Shown piece by piece: positions 24,086 through 36,754 of a stretch of 64,000 bases of DNA. The notes under the pieces were generated by a model that did no database searches, was not told where the DNA came from, and was given only the letters and a program-made list of their open reading frames with translations. The DNA is from Octopus sinensis (Eukaryota): assembly GCF_006345805.1 (NCBI RefSeq), contig NC_043000.1:126542001-126606000 (forward strand), written 5' to 3'. Both the position numbers and the translations under genes were made by a program. Position 1 is the first letter of the stretch, and every line of letters starts with the position of its first letter.

Positions 24086-25077
24086 TCACCTCAAAATTTT
24101 GGTGAAAATTGTGTGAAACCATCATAATTACGTGTATTTATCTATACATATGAATTTGACATGGGCGATTCTTTGTTGTCTTGGGATTCACAGTCAAATG
24201 GCTGAGTGGAACTGCGCGAAAAATTACACAGATGTGTAGAATGATCCGGTGGTGTTGCTGGGCTTTGTATTTTTTCATAGCTCCCATGGTTACCGAGATA
24301 ATCTACTATAATAATAATACTCTTATGTTTATGAAAGAGAAAGGAAGGGATGATAGAGGAATAAGGAAGGAAGGGGTGATGTCATACTTGGTAGTTGGAT
24401 GATGAAAACTGTATGCTGAAAAAATAAATCAAACAGCATTTCAACTCTGATGAATATATGTGTGTGTATGTGAAAGGAGGGATATGTGAATGTGTGTGTG
24501 TGTGTGCAATGGAAGTGGGATGGTTCCTCTTTATTCGTTTAGTATTTCGGTTTATTTTTTGATTTGGTTGAATCTTGGTTGTTTTTTTTTGTTGGTCAGT
24601 TATTTTTAATGTTTTGACAGAAAAATGTCATTCTAAAATTGTTCTTCAACATACACGTGCCCAAACAAGTCGAATGCTAACACAGAGCAGGTTTTACAGC
24701 CACATCATCCAAACCAACTGGGTGAAACTGGGCTTAGCTGCTAGTATGCTGAATAAAGTTAGTGCAACTATAATTAAATCTTCTGTAATAAACTCATCAT
24801 CATTTAACGTCCACTTTCCATGCTGGCATGGGTTAGACAGTTTGACTGGAACTGTTAAACCAGAGAGCTGCACCAAGTTCCAGTCTGATTGGGCGTGGTT
24901 TATATGGTTGCAGGCCCTTCCTAACACCAACCACTCCAAAAGTGTAGCGGGTGCTTTTTATGTGCCACCAGCACAGGTGCCATTTACATGACACTGGCAA
25001 TGGCCATGACTATGGTTTCACTTGGCTTGATGAGTCTTCTTAAGCACATCATATCACCAAAAAAACAAAAAAGCATA

Positions 25078-25572
25078 CTGTAAATCCTCAAGTATAATCT
25101 GCATTTTTTCCCTAAAATTTAAAGGTCAAAATCCCTAGTGCGTACTATATACGAGGTTAAAAATGAAAAATACTTTTTAAGCAATGTCCGAGTCTCTATT
25201 TGCTGTCTGGCACTTTGTGGTGTTGGGAGCGAAAATACCTTAAGCTAAGCCTGAAAGCAATGAAGTCATAAAAGAATCATCCCTAACTTGCAGTAAGCAA
25301 CATTTATTAAACGTTATTACTGTTATTTCTTTATTGTCTGTAAACAAAATGCACAAAAAAAGCTACACGTTTGCATTATGTTATATATACAATAATAATA
25401 AAGGACGTTACCATATACATTTTTACAAACCAAAGACGTTATATAGACCTCCTTGACTCAAGTTAGAGAGGGGTGCGTATTATACACAAGGTTTAGCTTT
25501 TACAGAGGTACAGCCCCCTAAAAATCACTTGCAGGTTATACTCAAAGGTGGACTATACTTGAGGGTTTACGG
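25078..25572. mobile_element. Tc2/pogo-type MITE
   Basis: TA|CTGTAAATCCTCAAGTATAATC...GACTATACTTGAGGGTTTACGG|TA, about 22-bp TIRs. Confidence 0.8.
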
Positions 25573-25578
25573 TATGAA

Positions 25579-25798
25579 CTCTTTAGTATTTAAACTGGCC
25601 ATATCCAGCCTAAATATTCTACCAGTTTTTATGCTCAAACTATCCAGATGCAGACTTTCACACACACCCTACAGTATTATTCTAAAGATAAACAATCACA
25701 TCATCAAATCTTGAAGCTATAAGATAACGCATAATTAATACAAAACAATGTGAATAAATAAGCATTATATTTGACAGAGTAATCTGAATGCTAAAAGG
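25579..25798. mobile_element. piggyBac-type MITE (family P2)
   Basis: ctctttagtatttaaac...gaatgctaaaagg|TTAA. Confidence 0.75.
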
Positions 25799-26449
25799 TT
25801 AAAATAATTAGACTATGTCTAGAAATATCTATAAAATGGTTTTGTGTCATAAATCTGCTTGAGTGAACAAGGTTGAGTCAGCAGCACTACATAAAAGAGA
25901 GTTGCCAATGATGAAAGGAGAGAAATCAATGCTAAATAAATGACAGTAAGTAGACAATACTGATTGTTATTTTTACTTTTATAGTAAGGAGGAGGAAGAG
26001 GCAGTGTCCATGACTTCTGCATGTTGTCCTAGGTTGGTCAGATTTAAGTTCAGTTTGAACATCTGTAGATCAGGGTCCTTAAAAAAGCACGGGGAGACAA
26101 GAAATTCCAGGAGGCTTCAGTTTAAAAGATAATTTTTTTTATTTACTTGCTGAGTTTTAAAGGGTTTAGTGCTAACGATTTTTGTATGTCCTTCAAAACC
26201 AGTGATCTCAGTGGCGTTAATACTCCTTTTAAACTGTTGCAGATCAACACCTGCAGGAAAAGAATAGCACTGGAAGATTCCAGAGAACTGATGTCACGAG
26301 AAGGAAGAACCAGACATAGTGAAAGAGCAGGTGGTGGTAGTGGTAAAGGTTGGAGGTAACAAGCGTGTCAAAAAATAGAGACAAGTGAGTTGGTAGTGCT
26401 TGAATTGGGGAGATAGCAAGACCAGCTAGCTTTGAGGAACAGAGACCCT

Positions 26450-27050
26450 TATCATCATCATTTAACGTCTGCTTTCCTGGCTAGCATGGGTTGGACGATT
26501 TGACTGAGGACTGGCAAACCAGATGGCTGCGCCAGGCTCCAATCTGATCTGGCAGAGTTTCTACAGTTGGATGCCCTTCCTAGCGCCAACCACTTCAAGA
26601 GTGTAGTGGGTGCTTTTAAAGTGCCACTGGCACGAGGGCCAGTCAGGCGGTACTAGCAACAGCCACGCTCAAATGGTGTTTTTTACATGCCATCTGCACA
26701 GGAGTCAGTCCAGCAGCACTGGCAACGACCTCGCTCAAATGTTTTGTTCACGAGCCACCGGCACAAGTGCCTGTAAGGCGACGATCACGCTCAAATGGTG
26801 CTTTTTACGTGCCACCGGCACAAAAGCCAGACAGCTGCTCTGACAGTGATCCTGCTTGGATGGAGCTATTAGCACTCCACTGGCAAGGGTGCCAGTCACC
26901 GAATTTGGTTCAATTTCGATTTCACTTGCCCCAACAGATCTTCGCAAGCAGAGTTTAGTGTCCAATGAAGGGAGGTTGGCCAGTCGTCGAATTTGGTTCA
27001 ATTTCAATTTTAATTTCGAATTTGGTTCGATTTCAAATTCAAATTATAGT
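26450..27050 (-). mobile_element. RTE family D 3' end with 5 internal repeat units
   Basis: As above; preceded by an AATTTGGTTC(A/G)ATTTC repeated segment. Confidence 0.85.
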
Positions 27051-27377
27051 AGTAATAAAAGAGACAGAGAGAAGAGTGTACACCAGTGGACCAGAGGCTG
27101 GGGTATATCTGTTCATGATTTAATAGCAATCAGTTAAATCTTCCTCAAATCAGAATTGGTGAAGTAGTCGGTGCTGAGAGGCCAGGAGATTTAAGTAAAT
27201 AACTTGTTCAAGGGAACAGATGCCACTGATGTAGAAGAGAAGAGAAACAGTGAAGGGAACATGATTGAAACTTTGCTCATCAGTAAAGAGTACAGACAGA
27301 AAATATATTTAGTTCAACAGCAACTTACTTTAATTACTGCATTTGATATTGAAATACTTGAAAGATCTTAAATTTAC

Positions 27378-27485
27378 CTGATTTGAATTGCTTTTGTTAA
27401 TAAATTTTCAGCAGCTTCTTCCTGTCCCTGATCTTTTAAGATATTAGCAAGGTTATTCATAGCTTGGTCATATTCTGGGTTTAAT
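27378..27485 (-). CDS. TMTC4: TMTC4 exon 10 (TPR): (R)LNPEYDQAMNNLANILKDQGQEEAAENLLTKAIQI(R)
   Basis: ttctag acceptor, GTAAAT donor, 108 nt, phase 2-2. Confidence 0.94.
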
Positions 27486-27529
27486 CTAGAACAAAAATAA
27501 ATAAATAAATATTTTGAATTCCATATGTC

Positions 27530-27715
27530 TAATACTTGTGTACATGCTTACAAAATCAAATAACAACACAGCACCTATGAGTTTTGGGAACATTTTTTTC
27601 ATGCTCAGAATTGTTGAAGCATGGAATAAACTACCTGCATCAGTTGTTAGCTGTCGGGACACTGCATCCTTCAAAACTCCATGCTTCCTAAAATTCATCA
27701 ACAGTACACCTGTTG
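27530..27715 (+). mobile_element. CR1-clade LINE fragment
   Basis: FFMLRIVEAWNKLPASVVSC. Confidence 0.75.
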
Positions 27716-27747
27716 GTCAATTTCCCCCTTTTTTAATGACTTATTCA

Positions 27748-28125
27748 CTCTCTTTTACTAGTTTCAATCATTTGACTGTGGCCATGCTGGAGCACCGCCT
27801 TTAGTCAAACAAATCGACCCCAGGACTTATTCTTTGTAAGCCTAGTACTTATTCTATTGGTCTCTTTTGCTGAACCGCTAAGTTACAGGGACGTAAACAC
27901 ACCATCATTGGTCGTCAAGTGATGTTGGAGTGACAAACACACACACACAAACAAATACACACACACACATTTATATATATATATATATACATATATACGA
28001 CAGGCTTCTTTCAGTTTCTGTCTACCAAGTCCACTCACAAGGCTTTGGTCAGTCTGAGGCTATAATAGAAGACACTTGCCCAAGATGCCATGCAGTGGGA
28101 CTGAACCCGGAACCATGTGGTTCGA
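27748..28125 (-). mobile_element. SINE family A
   Basis: Similarity to other copies; head end interrupted. Confidence 0.8.
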
Positions 28126-28144
28126 TAATGATGATAATAATAAT

Positions 28145-28375
28145 AATAATAATAATAATAATCTTTTCTACTATAGGCACAAGGCCTGAAATTTTGGGGT
28201 GAGGGATAGTTGATTACATCGACTCCAGTGCACAACTGGTACTTATTTTATTGACCCCGAAAGGATGAAAGGTAAAGTCAACCTTGGTGGAATTTGAACT
28301 CAGAATGTGAAGATGGATGAAATACCACTAAGTATTTCACCCAGCATGCTAACAATTCTGCCAGTTTGGTGCCTT
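28145..28375 (-). mobile_element. SINE family B
   Basis: Reverse-complement core; lies about 30 nt from the exon 9 donor. Confidence 0.75.
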
Positions 28376-28402
28376 GATAATAATAATTAACCAACAACTG
28401 AC

Positions 28403-28482
28403 CTTATTGCTTCATAGTATTTGTCAATTGCCATCTGTACTTGGCCAGCATCTCCAAGAACTTTACCGATGTTGTAATGTAT
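28403..28482 (-). CDS. TMTC4: TMTC4 exon 9 (TPR): IHYNIGKVLGDAGQVQMAIDKYYEAI(R)
   Basis: tttaag acceptor, GTCAGT donor, 80 nt, ends phase 2. Confidence 0.93.
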
Positions 28483-28566
28483 CTTAAATAAAAATAAAAG
28501 AAAAAAGTTGGAATATATATTTAATTCAATTTGCAGCTTATATCTATATGCCATTTTAAAAAAGTA

Positions 28567-28762
28567 CAATATTTAATGGCATAAAAGATGCACGGGTATA
28601 TTAGACACACCCCAAATTCAGAAGTGCTTATTTAAGTAAAAATAGTCTTTTAAGTACATTAAAGCTTCGGAGAAGCTCAGCTTCACGTTTAGGACCTGGA
28701 GTTTATTTTCAAAGACATTTTTTCAAGGTAAAAAAAGTGTTTTATAATGCCATCAAATACGG
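28567..28762. mobile_element. Tc2/pogo-type MITE (degenerate)
   Basis: TA|CAATATTTAATGGCAT...ATGCCATCAAATACGG|TA. Confidence 0.6.
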
Positions 28763-29066
28763 TAGGTATTTGTAGAAGGTACACTGACCTGATGATTTCA
28801 TTTAAATGTATAGACATGAGGTAGGCATAAGTGTGTGTGTGTGTGTGTGTGCACGTTTATGTATGAGAAATAGAGAAAGCATATGCAGGATTTTTTTGTT
28901 TGTTTTTCTTTTGGTGAATATTTGTTGTTAATTGTTACAAATGCGACATTTTAATGTGCCATTTGCTAAATAATTTAAACAACCATATTTTCTAGCATTA
29001 CGTAAAATGAAATGAAAGATTTAAGAGAACTCTTAATAAAAATGCTATAAAAGAGAAGAAGCTTAC

Positions 29067-29138
29067 TTTAGCATTTAATGGACAGACTTTTGCACCTGAA
29101 GTAAATAACTGAAATTCTGTTTGCCATTCTGAACTCCT
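29067..29138 (-). CDS. TMTC4: TMTC4 exon 8: RSSEWQTEFQLFTSGAKVCPLNAK
   Basis: poly-T-cag acceptor, GTAAGC donor, 72 nt; human RSGEWRSEEQLFRSALSVCPLNAK. Confidence 0.95.
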
Positions 29139-29912
29139 CTGAAAAAAAAAAAAAAAATTGAAGTTTTATAAATATAAATATGTGGCCTGTGTGTGAGTTA
29201 ATATACATAATCTTAATATATCTTCTCCAAACAAACATGTGTCATAAGCAGTTCGTCAAACATCTGGGTATCATCTACAAAACCCAGTTCTTCAGATATG
29301 TCAGGAGATAAGAAATGTGCTAGCATGCAAACATAAATAATATAACATGTGAGTGAAATGTGGTACTTTGGGGCTTTTCTTATATAATTATGGAGCTCTG
29401 TAGCAGAGACAGATAGGATAAAGAACCTTTCTGAGTCACATAGACTCATATTCAGTTTCCTGGTTTCCATGGCGCATATATTCCTCCTAGATGGGATGCC
29501 AGTCCATTTCAAGATTACTAATTTTTGTCAGCTGATTGGACTGGAGCAACATGAAATGAAGGGTTTTGCTCAAGATCACAACACATCACCCAGTTCAAGA
29601 ACTGAAACAACAATCTTATGATCATGAGACCAACATCCCTAACCACTAAGCCATGTACCTCCACAGTTCTGTAGTGAACATAGAAGACAGAGGTTATTGT
29701 CATTGTTTGTCATCATTTTAACAACCATTACACTATGCTAGCATAAGCTGGATGGAATACGTTGAAACTGATTTTCTATGGCTGGGTGCACTACCTGTGG
29801 CCAACCTGTTTCCCCAGAAGACTGAAAATGAAGAACTCTTTATTTACAACAATCAGGTCATGTCAAGACAAGACACCTCACCACACAAACACAAACATAC
29901 ACAAACTCACAT

Positions 29913-29948
<36 letters not shown>

Positions 29949-29949
<1 letters not shown>

Positions 29950-30340
29950 GGCATAGGAGTGGCTGTGTTGTAAGTAGCTTGCTTACCAACCATATGGTTC
30001 CAGGTTCAGTCCCAATGTGTGGCACCTTGGGCAAGTCTCTTCTACTATAGCCTCAGGCCGACCAAAGCCTTGTGAGCGGATTTGGTAGATGGAAACTGAA
30101 AGAAGCCCGTCGTATATATGTATATATATATGTACGTGTATGTATATGTTTGTCCCCTCAACATCGCTTGACAACCGATGCTGGTGTGTTTACGTCACCG
30201 TAACTTAGCGGTTCAGCAAAAGAGACCAATAGAATAAGTACTAGGCTTACAAAAAAACAAGTCCTGGGAACAATTTGCTCGACTAAAGTGGGTGCTCCAG
30301 CATGGCCACAGTCAAATGACTGAAACAAGGAAAAAAGTAA
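29949..30340 (+). mobile_element. SINE family A
   Basis: Full-length copy. Confidence 0.85.
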
Positions 30341-31127
30341 AAAAAAAAGATATATATATATATATATATATATGATGAGCTTCTTTCAGTTTCTATCTTT
30401 TAAATCCATTCACAATGCTTTGGTCAGCCTGTGTCCGGGTCCGATTGCAGGAAAGATCTATAGTATTCAGGATCTGTCCATTTTATCTCAAGGTACAGCT
30501 TGATGTCATCTGCATATTTCAGCACTGTGGCATTTTTTAAGTTGGCATCTATGTCATTAATGTATGCAACAAACAAAAGGGGACCAAGAACAGATCCCCG
30601 TGGTATAAGGGATCAATTGATCCTGGACAAGAGAAGACATTTGCCCAAGGTGCCCATCTATGTAGTTGGGAAGCAACACATGACACGCATAGGTCTACAC
30701 TTATATATTTTCTATCACTATTGGTGATCATTATCATTGCTGTTTATAAGGCAGAGAGCTGATAGAATCATTAGTACACCAGGCAAAATAGTTAGAGGCA
30801 TTTTGTCCATTTTTATGTTCTGAGTTCAAATTCTGCTGAGGTTGACTTTTTCTTTCATCTTTTTGGAGTCAATAAAATGAGTACCAGTTGAGCACTGGTA
30901 TACCTCACTTGAACTTGCTGGCCTTGTGCCAAAATTTGAAACCAATATCATTGCTGTTTATAGGTTTCCAGTGAACCAATCAGTGGTTCACTGCCTATTT
31001 GACTGTGAGAGTGACAAGTATGTAACTTGGAGTAAATGAAATACCATTCTATGATCACCAATTTTTTTTCAGATTTTTTTCTAACTGATGTTTATCTCTT
31101 GGTGATATACACACTGGCAAAAAATAT

Positions 31128-31300
31128 ATAGCAATGCCTCGATATACAAGTTAATTTGTTCCCAGAGACCGCTCATAAAGAAAAACTCGTAAAGCAGAGC
31201 AATAATTTCCCGCAGGAGCAATGTTATAAATCGTAATTCATTCCCAGAAAAATATTTTAGCAATAAAATTTATAATACTCATAAATAAATGGCAATAAAA
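31128..31300. mobile_element. Tigger/pogo-like left-end fragment
   Basis: TATAGCAATGCCTCGATATACAAGTTAATTTGTTCC resembles pogo TIRs; no right end found. Confidence 0.4.
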
Positions 31301-31789
31301 CAACAGTAGAATGTAAAGAATATTTTGCGTAAAGTAAAAAGTATGTCAAGATCATTTATAATAAAAAATATTATTATTATTGTTTTGTGAATCACTCGCA
31401 CAAGACTCATGCACAACATCACTTGTAGACACGATCGCCAATTCACTAACACTCATAGACAGAAATGTAGATTCCTTTTCCAAAAAACAAGTCTAGAGTT
31501 ATTTGCTTAGAAGTTTTTTTTTGCTCTCTATAAATTTATCAGTAACATGCAGAAGCATTTTTATGGTAGTAGAAATTTTAGCACTTCATTCAAAATATGG
31601 ATTTGTGCTTGAAAATTTTATTATAAACTAAAACTCATAAACTCAGGATCTTGCAAAGCAGGTCCTCATAAAGTGAAGCATAACTGTATATACATATACA
31701 AGCTTCTGCATAGTTTCCATTTACCAAATTACACTCAAAAGCTATTGGCCAACTCATGATGTCATAAGCAGGGGCTCTCTTCTCTTATT

Positions 31790-32172
31790 TCTTTTACTTG
31801 TTTCAGTCATTTGACTGTGGCCATGCTGGAGCACCACCTTTAGTCAAGCAAATCGACCCCAGGACTTATTCTTTGTAAGCCTAGTACTTATTCTATCAGT
31901 CTCTTTTGCTGAACCGCTAAGTTACGGGGACATAAACACACCACCATCGGTTGTCAAGCGATGTTGGGTGAACAAACACAGACACACAAACATACACACA
32001 CACATATATATATGACGGGCTTCTTTCAGTTTCCGTCTACCAAATCCAATTACAAGGCTTTGGTCAGCCCAAGTCTATAATAGAAGACACTTGCCCAAGG
32101 TGCCATGCAGTGGGAATGAACCCAGAACCATGTGGTTGGTAAGCAAGCTACTTACCACACAGCTACTCCTGC
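31790..32172 (-). mobile_element. SINE family A
   Basis: Full-length copy. Confidence 0.85.
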
Positions 32173-32667
32173 TCTGGATTTTTTTCTCTCTTTTCTTTTA
32201 TTTTATTTGGAAGGGCCCTGTCAGATATTTACATGCTCCTCTTTGGCTCTCCAGACCTCAGACCAATATACTGACTGAACCCTATTCTAATAAGCCTTGA
32301 CTATGAGTGGTACTGAACTTGGAACAATATTGTGAAGAGGACTCCTTAATCACACAATCATGCTCCTTCTTATCCCCTTTTTGTTTAGGTACAAACTTAT
32401 ATTCTTAGTTTAGTTAAAAGAAAGTTTTAAAGACAAAAGTTGGTGACATTTCTTAAAAAGCAATAGAAGTGGATTGTTGAGTTACTGGTCAACAACAACT
32501 TGAAATAAATGTCATCATTTGTTTCATAGTTTAATTTTGAATGAAATATAACAGAACAGATGGTTATTCATTTATTACTAAGTTATTATTTATTTATTTT
32601 CCTATCATTGCTGCTTAAATATTATAAGGTTATTGTAGTGTAGGAGGAAAGATTAGACCAAGACTAT

Positions 32668-32930
32668 TTAAGAGTTGCTGAAGTATGGAACAAACTGCTG
32701 GCATCAGTTGTTAGTTGTCGGAACACTGCATCCTTCAAAACTTCCATGCTTCTTGGGATTTGCCAACACTACACTTGATTTTCTCCCCTCCATACACATG
32801 CAAGCATGTATCTGACTCATACACTGTTCACTTCCCAGACATTTGTACATTACTGCATATGCTTTATATGCACTTTTGACAAGTTGTGGTGCACCTGAGC
32901 ACTGTATACAATTTCATTATTATTATTATT
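32668..32930 (+). mobile_element. CR1-clade LINE 3' end
   Basis: Same family, (ATT)n tail. Confidence 0.85.
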
Positions 32931-33946
32931 CTATTCCCTACAACTACTACTATTAGCTACTACTCCAACAGGTAGTAGAACAGCAGGTCCTTTGAAACAA
33001 ACACTTAGATGTGTTCTTTCATTCATTTACTTGTTTCTGTCATTAGCTGGAGGCCATGCTGGGGCCAAGAGTTTAGTCAAATAAATCAGCCTCAGAACCT
33101 ATTCCTTTTTTTAAAGTCTGGTACTTTTTCTATAGATTTATTAGGCTGAGCTGTTAAGTTACAAGGTTGGAAACAAACCAACACCAGTTATCAGGTGTGA
33201 GACAAATGCATGCACACACACACACACACACATTTTGGAGGTGTAGTAGAACTACGTCAGTGACCAGGTTGCAATTCCTCAATTCATGTGACAAAATTTT
33301 GACACCAAATGAAAAATGTCTAAGTGAAGTTATCAATCTTTGTGTGTTTTTGAATGGTTAATATGTCTTCCATACTGTAATTCTCTCTTTCTCTCTGTAC
33401 ACACACATCAACATAGGAAAGGATTCCATAGTTTCCATCAATCAAATCCATTTAAAAGGCTATTGTAGAAGACACCCCAGGTACCGTGAGGTGGGACCAA
33501 ACCTGAAACATGTGGTTATGAAACAAACTTTGTAACTACACTGCTTTGCCGTTCACCCTTTGCTAATTACATTTCAAACAAAATACCTGATATTAACTAA
33601 ATTTGAAAAATTTGAAAAACAAGACTTTGAAATAATTTAGTGAAATAATTAACTTTATATCGTTTAGTTAGTATTTGCAACATAATTAAAGATAACAACA
33701 TAAAACTGCGACTGAAGTTTTAATTAAAATATGAACATTTTAAACAAACAGTTTAGAACATGAGACAGTCACAGGTGGGTCTGTCACAAAGGGGTTAAAT
33801 AATTTGTATTGTAAGAGAAGAATCTTCAGAAACACCTGCTGTTAATCCCTTCATTATGTTATTAACGTATAGAGCGTAAGTTGTCATGCACCTGAGCATT
33901 GTATTCAAGAAGCTCATTATTATAAATATAAAGCAAAAGGTTTTAC

Positions 33947-34003
33947 CTGCACTGATCTGTATATGTTTATAACAACCAAAAATATTAACAATGAAGTCAC
34001 AAC
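33947..34003 (-). CDS. TMTC4: TMTC4 exon 7: VVTSLLIFLVVINIYRSVQ (last TM helix)
   Basis: ctttcag acceptor, GTAAAA donor, 57 nt, phase 0-0; aligns with human ILFINTLRCVL. Confidence 0.85.
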
Positions 34004-34099
34004 CTGAAAGATAAAGAAATGATTGTTTGGATAAACTACGGCTGAACTGTGAATGTGTGTTTATCAGTTTTAGATTTCATAAAGGATATTTAAAATTTC

Positions 34100-34582
34100 A
34101 TACCTACACACACATACAAACGTATACATTCACAAACACATGCAAACAAACATGCACAGTCATATATACACACACATGTACATACACACTTGTTCATACA
34201 TGTATATACACATATACATCTACATACATGCATACACTCTTGTACACACACATGTACATACACACATACATATGCAGTCACATATTTGGACACATATATG
34301 TACATTCATAGACACATACACACATGTACTTCCATATATATATCATCATCATCATCATCATCATCATCGTTTATATATATATATATATACGTACATGCTT
34401 GTGTGTGTTTGTTTGTTTAGTACCTGTTGTCACTTTCATTCCACAATTTCTCACTTGTGATATGCAGATATTTAGTCACAGAGATCCTCAGCAAAATTGG
34501 TGCAGTATCTGAGGAAAGAAAAGATAACCTTCTCTTTTGCTTCTTCAGACACCATTGTAAAACCTTCATGCATGTGTAACAG

Positions 34583-34614
<32 letters not shown>

Positions 34615-34739
34615 ATATATATATATATGTATGTATATATATATATATATGGTTTTTGTTAGTCAGCATTGATTTTTACAATTCTGTAAATAATAATAAT
34701 AGTATTTTATAAGCTTTAGCTTAAATACTATTATATATA

Positions 34740-34797
<58 letters not shown>

Positions 34798-34900
34798 TTT
34801 TACTGCAAAGGTTTTTGTTAAGCAGCATTGGTTTTTTATAATTTTGTAAATAATAATAATATTTTATAAGCTTTAAGCTTATAAAATACTATTATATATA
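34100..34900. repeat. Compound CA/TA/CAT microsatellite block plus a 90-bp direct repeat (34651-34740 and 34809-34900)
   Basis: Visible periodicity; duplicated ggtttttgtta...aagcttt...aatactattatatat. Confidence 0.85.
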
Positions 34901-36670
34901 TATGTGAGATTCTTAAAGTCAATATTGTGTCCTTTTGTGTTAGCAGTGTGTTGCTTTCATTTTTTTATTTTTGTGTATCTCTACAGATTTTTTATGGAAT
35001 TTAGAGCCAGTACTGCATTAGTTACATAGATGTATTCATACACAAAATGTCGTAACTGTTAGTGGTAGCTTTAAATTCTATAGAAAATCTGTAGAGATAC
35101 ACTTAAAAAATGAAAGCAGTGTCTAACTGCTATTTTTGTGTTTTATTCCGTGTACTATGCATGTACTTTTGGCTTTCATTGCTCTCTCTCTTTACTTAGC
35201 TTAGTGCTGCTTTCTGTTCCTTGTTTAACCCTTTTCTGATGATTTGAGGTACATCTGCACACTATACAATAAACTCATTATTTTACTTTTAATTCAATTA
35301 TGTATCTAACAGGGGCAAATCTAAAACAGGCTGTATGTATTCTTATGGCCAGTACTTTATATATGTATCCTGTCATGTTAAATGTGGAGAGGAGTGGAGG
35401 AGGAGAAACTGGAGTAACCTCTACAACTGCCCCAGGCAACCTACAAGTGGTTATTATTAACTCATTAGCATTTAAACAGGCCATATCTGGCACAGATATT
35501 CTACCTGTTTTATGTCAAAACAGCCAGATTCAGCCTATCTGTGCTACAATGTCTTTGTAAAAATAAACAATCATATCATCAACATCTTGAAGCCAAAAGA
35601 TAAGGCATCATTCATTCAAAACAATGCACATTTTTCTGTCCTTGTTTTTGTATACATTTGTTGCTTTCTTCCAAGGAATCTAATGCTCTTAGCTGAGTTT
35701 TTCCTTGGGGTTGGCCAGATTGGAGCAATCTCAAGAATAATCAGCTGAAATTATGAGGATAATCTGGTGCTTGACTGAGGATAGAGAGCTTCAAATGACC
35801 TGTCCTTGTTTTCTTTGTATCGTCAATCTGGATGTTTTGTTGTCCCTTTTTGTATCACCTAGCTGTCCAGATGTTTTGCGTTCTTGACCCATTTTGAATT
35901 TTATGTATATATATAGCAGCGTACGTACACTTTGCTCTCTTAAATAAATAAGTGTTACATTTGATAAAGAGCAACATGAATGCTAAAGGGTTAAACAACA
36001 AAATATATTATAGATAGTGTCTCCTTGATGTAGTGGCTTATCACAGTTGCCTAGTTTCAATTCTCATTGGGGAATCTGTCCACCTTTATTGTTTAACGCC
36101 TTTGCATTCAGATTATTCTGTCAGAGGTTATGCTCATTCATTCACATTGTTTTAAATTAATCATGCATTATCTCATAGCTTCAATATTTCAGTGATATGA
36201 CTGTTTTATCAGAATGACATTGGAAAGATCAGATCTGGTCAGTTTGAACATAAAGCTGGTAGAATATTTTGGTTGGATATGGTTGAAGGCCACTATCACA
36301 TAGAAAATGCTTCTTCTCACCCAACCACTAGAATTTTAACCGTGTTTCGTGGTCTGCTACCAAAACAGCTCCTTTATAGGATCCAGTTAGCACAAGACAT
36401 CATCAGGAGGAACCACGTCCGGTTTCGGCCCCTACTCCTCTACTGGTTTGATGTGGTAGGACCCCACCTTTCAGAGGTGTCTTCAGCTCTGGTGTTGGGC
36501 ACATGTCTTCTTTTTTCTGTTCCCTGGCCTCTTCGATGTAGCGTCAACAAGTGTCAGCAGGCGACTGACTGTCTTGTGAAATTTCCCTTTCAAGTTAAAC
36601 AATGTCAAGCCCAGACAGTTCTTAGATAGATTACTGCTTCGGAAACTTAAGTGCTGTATCTTTCATTTTG

Positions 36671-36754
36671 TTTATGGCCATATCATGTCAAAAAACATCA
36701 AGCTTATTTAGTACTTAGATAGGTGATTGCTTGGGAAACTAAGGTACAGCAAGC
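36671..36754 (+). pseudogene. 5S rRNA pseudogene with internal deletion of about 35 nt
   Basis: 5' TTTATGGCCATATCATGTCAAAAAACATC joined directly to 3' TTAGTACTTAGATAGGTGATTGCTTGGGAAACTAAGGTACAGCAAGC; box A segment missing. Confidence 0.7.

Noticed and set aside
34424-34508. Possible 85-nt poison cassette exon in TMTC4 intron 6
   Set aside because: The acceptor is good but the donor GTACTA is weak, there is no homology, and the main frame is complete without it. Only RNA-seq could rescue it.
34027-34512. Overlapping H/T/Y/I-rich ORFs
   Set aside because: Translations of CA/TA/CAT microsatellites.
36390-36500. CTGAAGA / GAAAC / CTGATGA motifs on the minus strand suggesting a hammerhead ribozyme
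   Set aside because: The order and spacing leave no room for stem I, and the CUGA box with a stem II is not followed by GAAA. No canonical core can be built.
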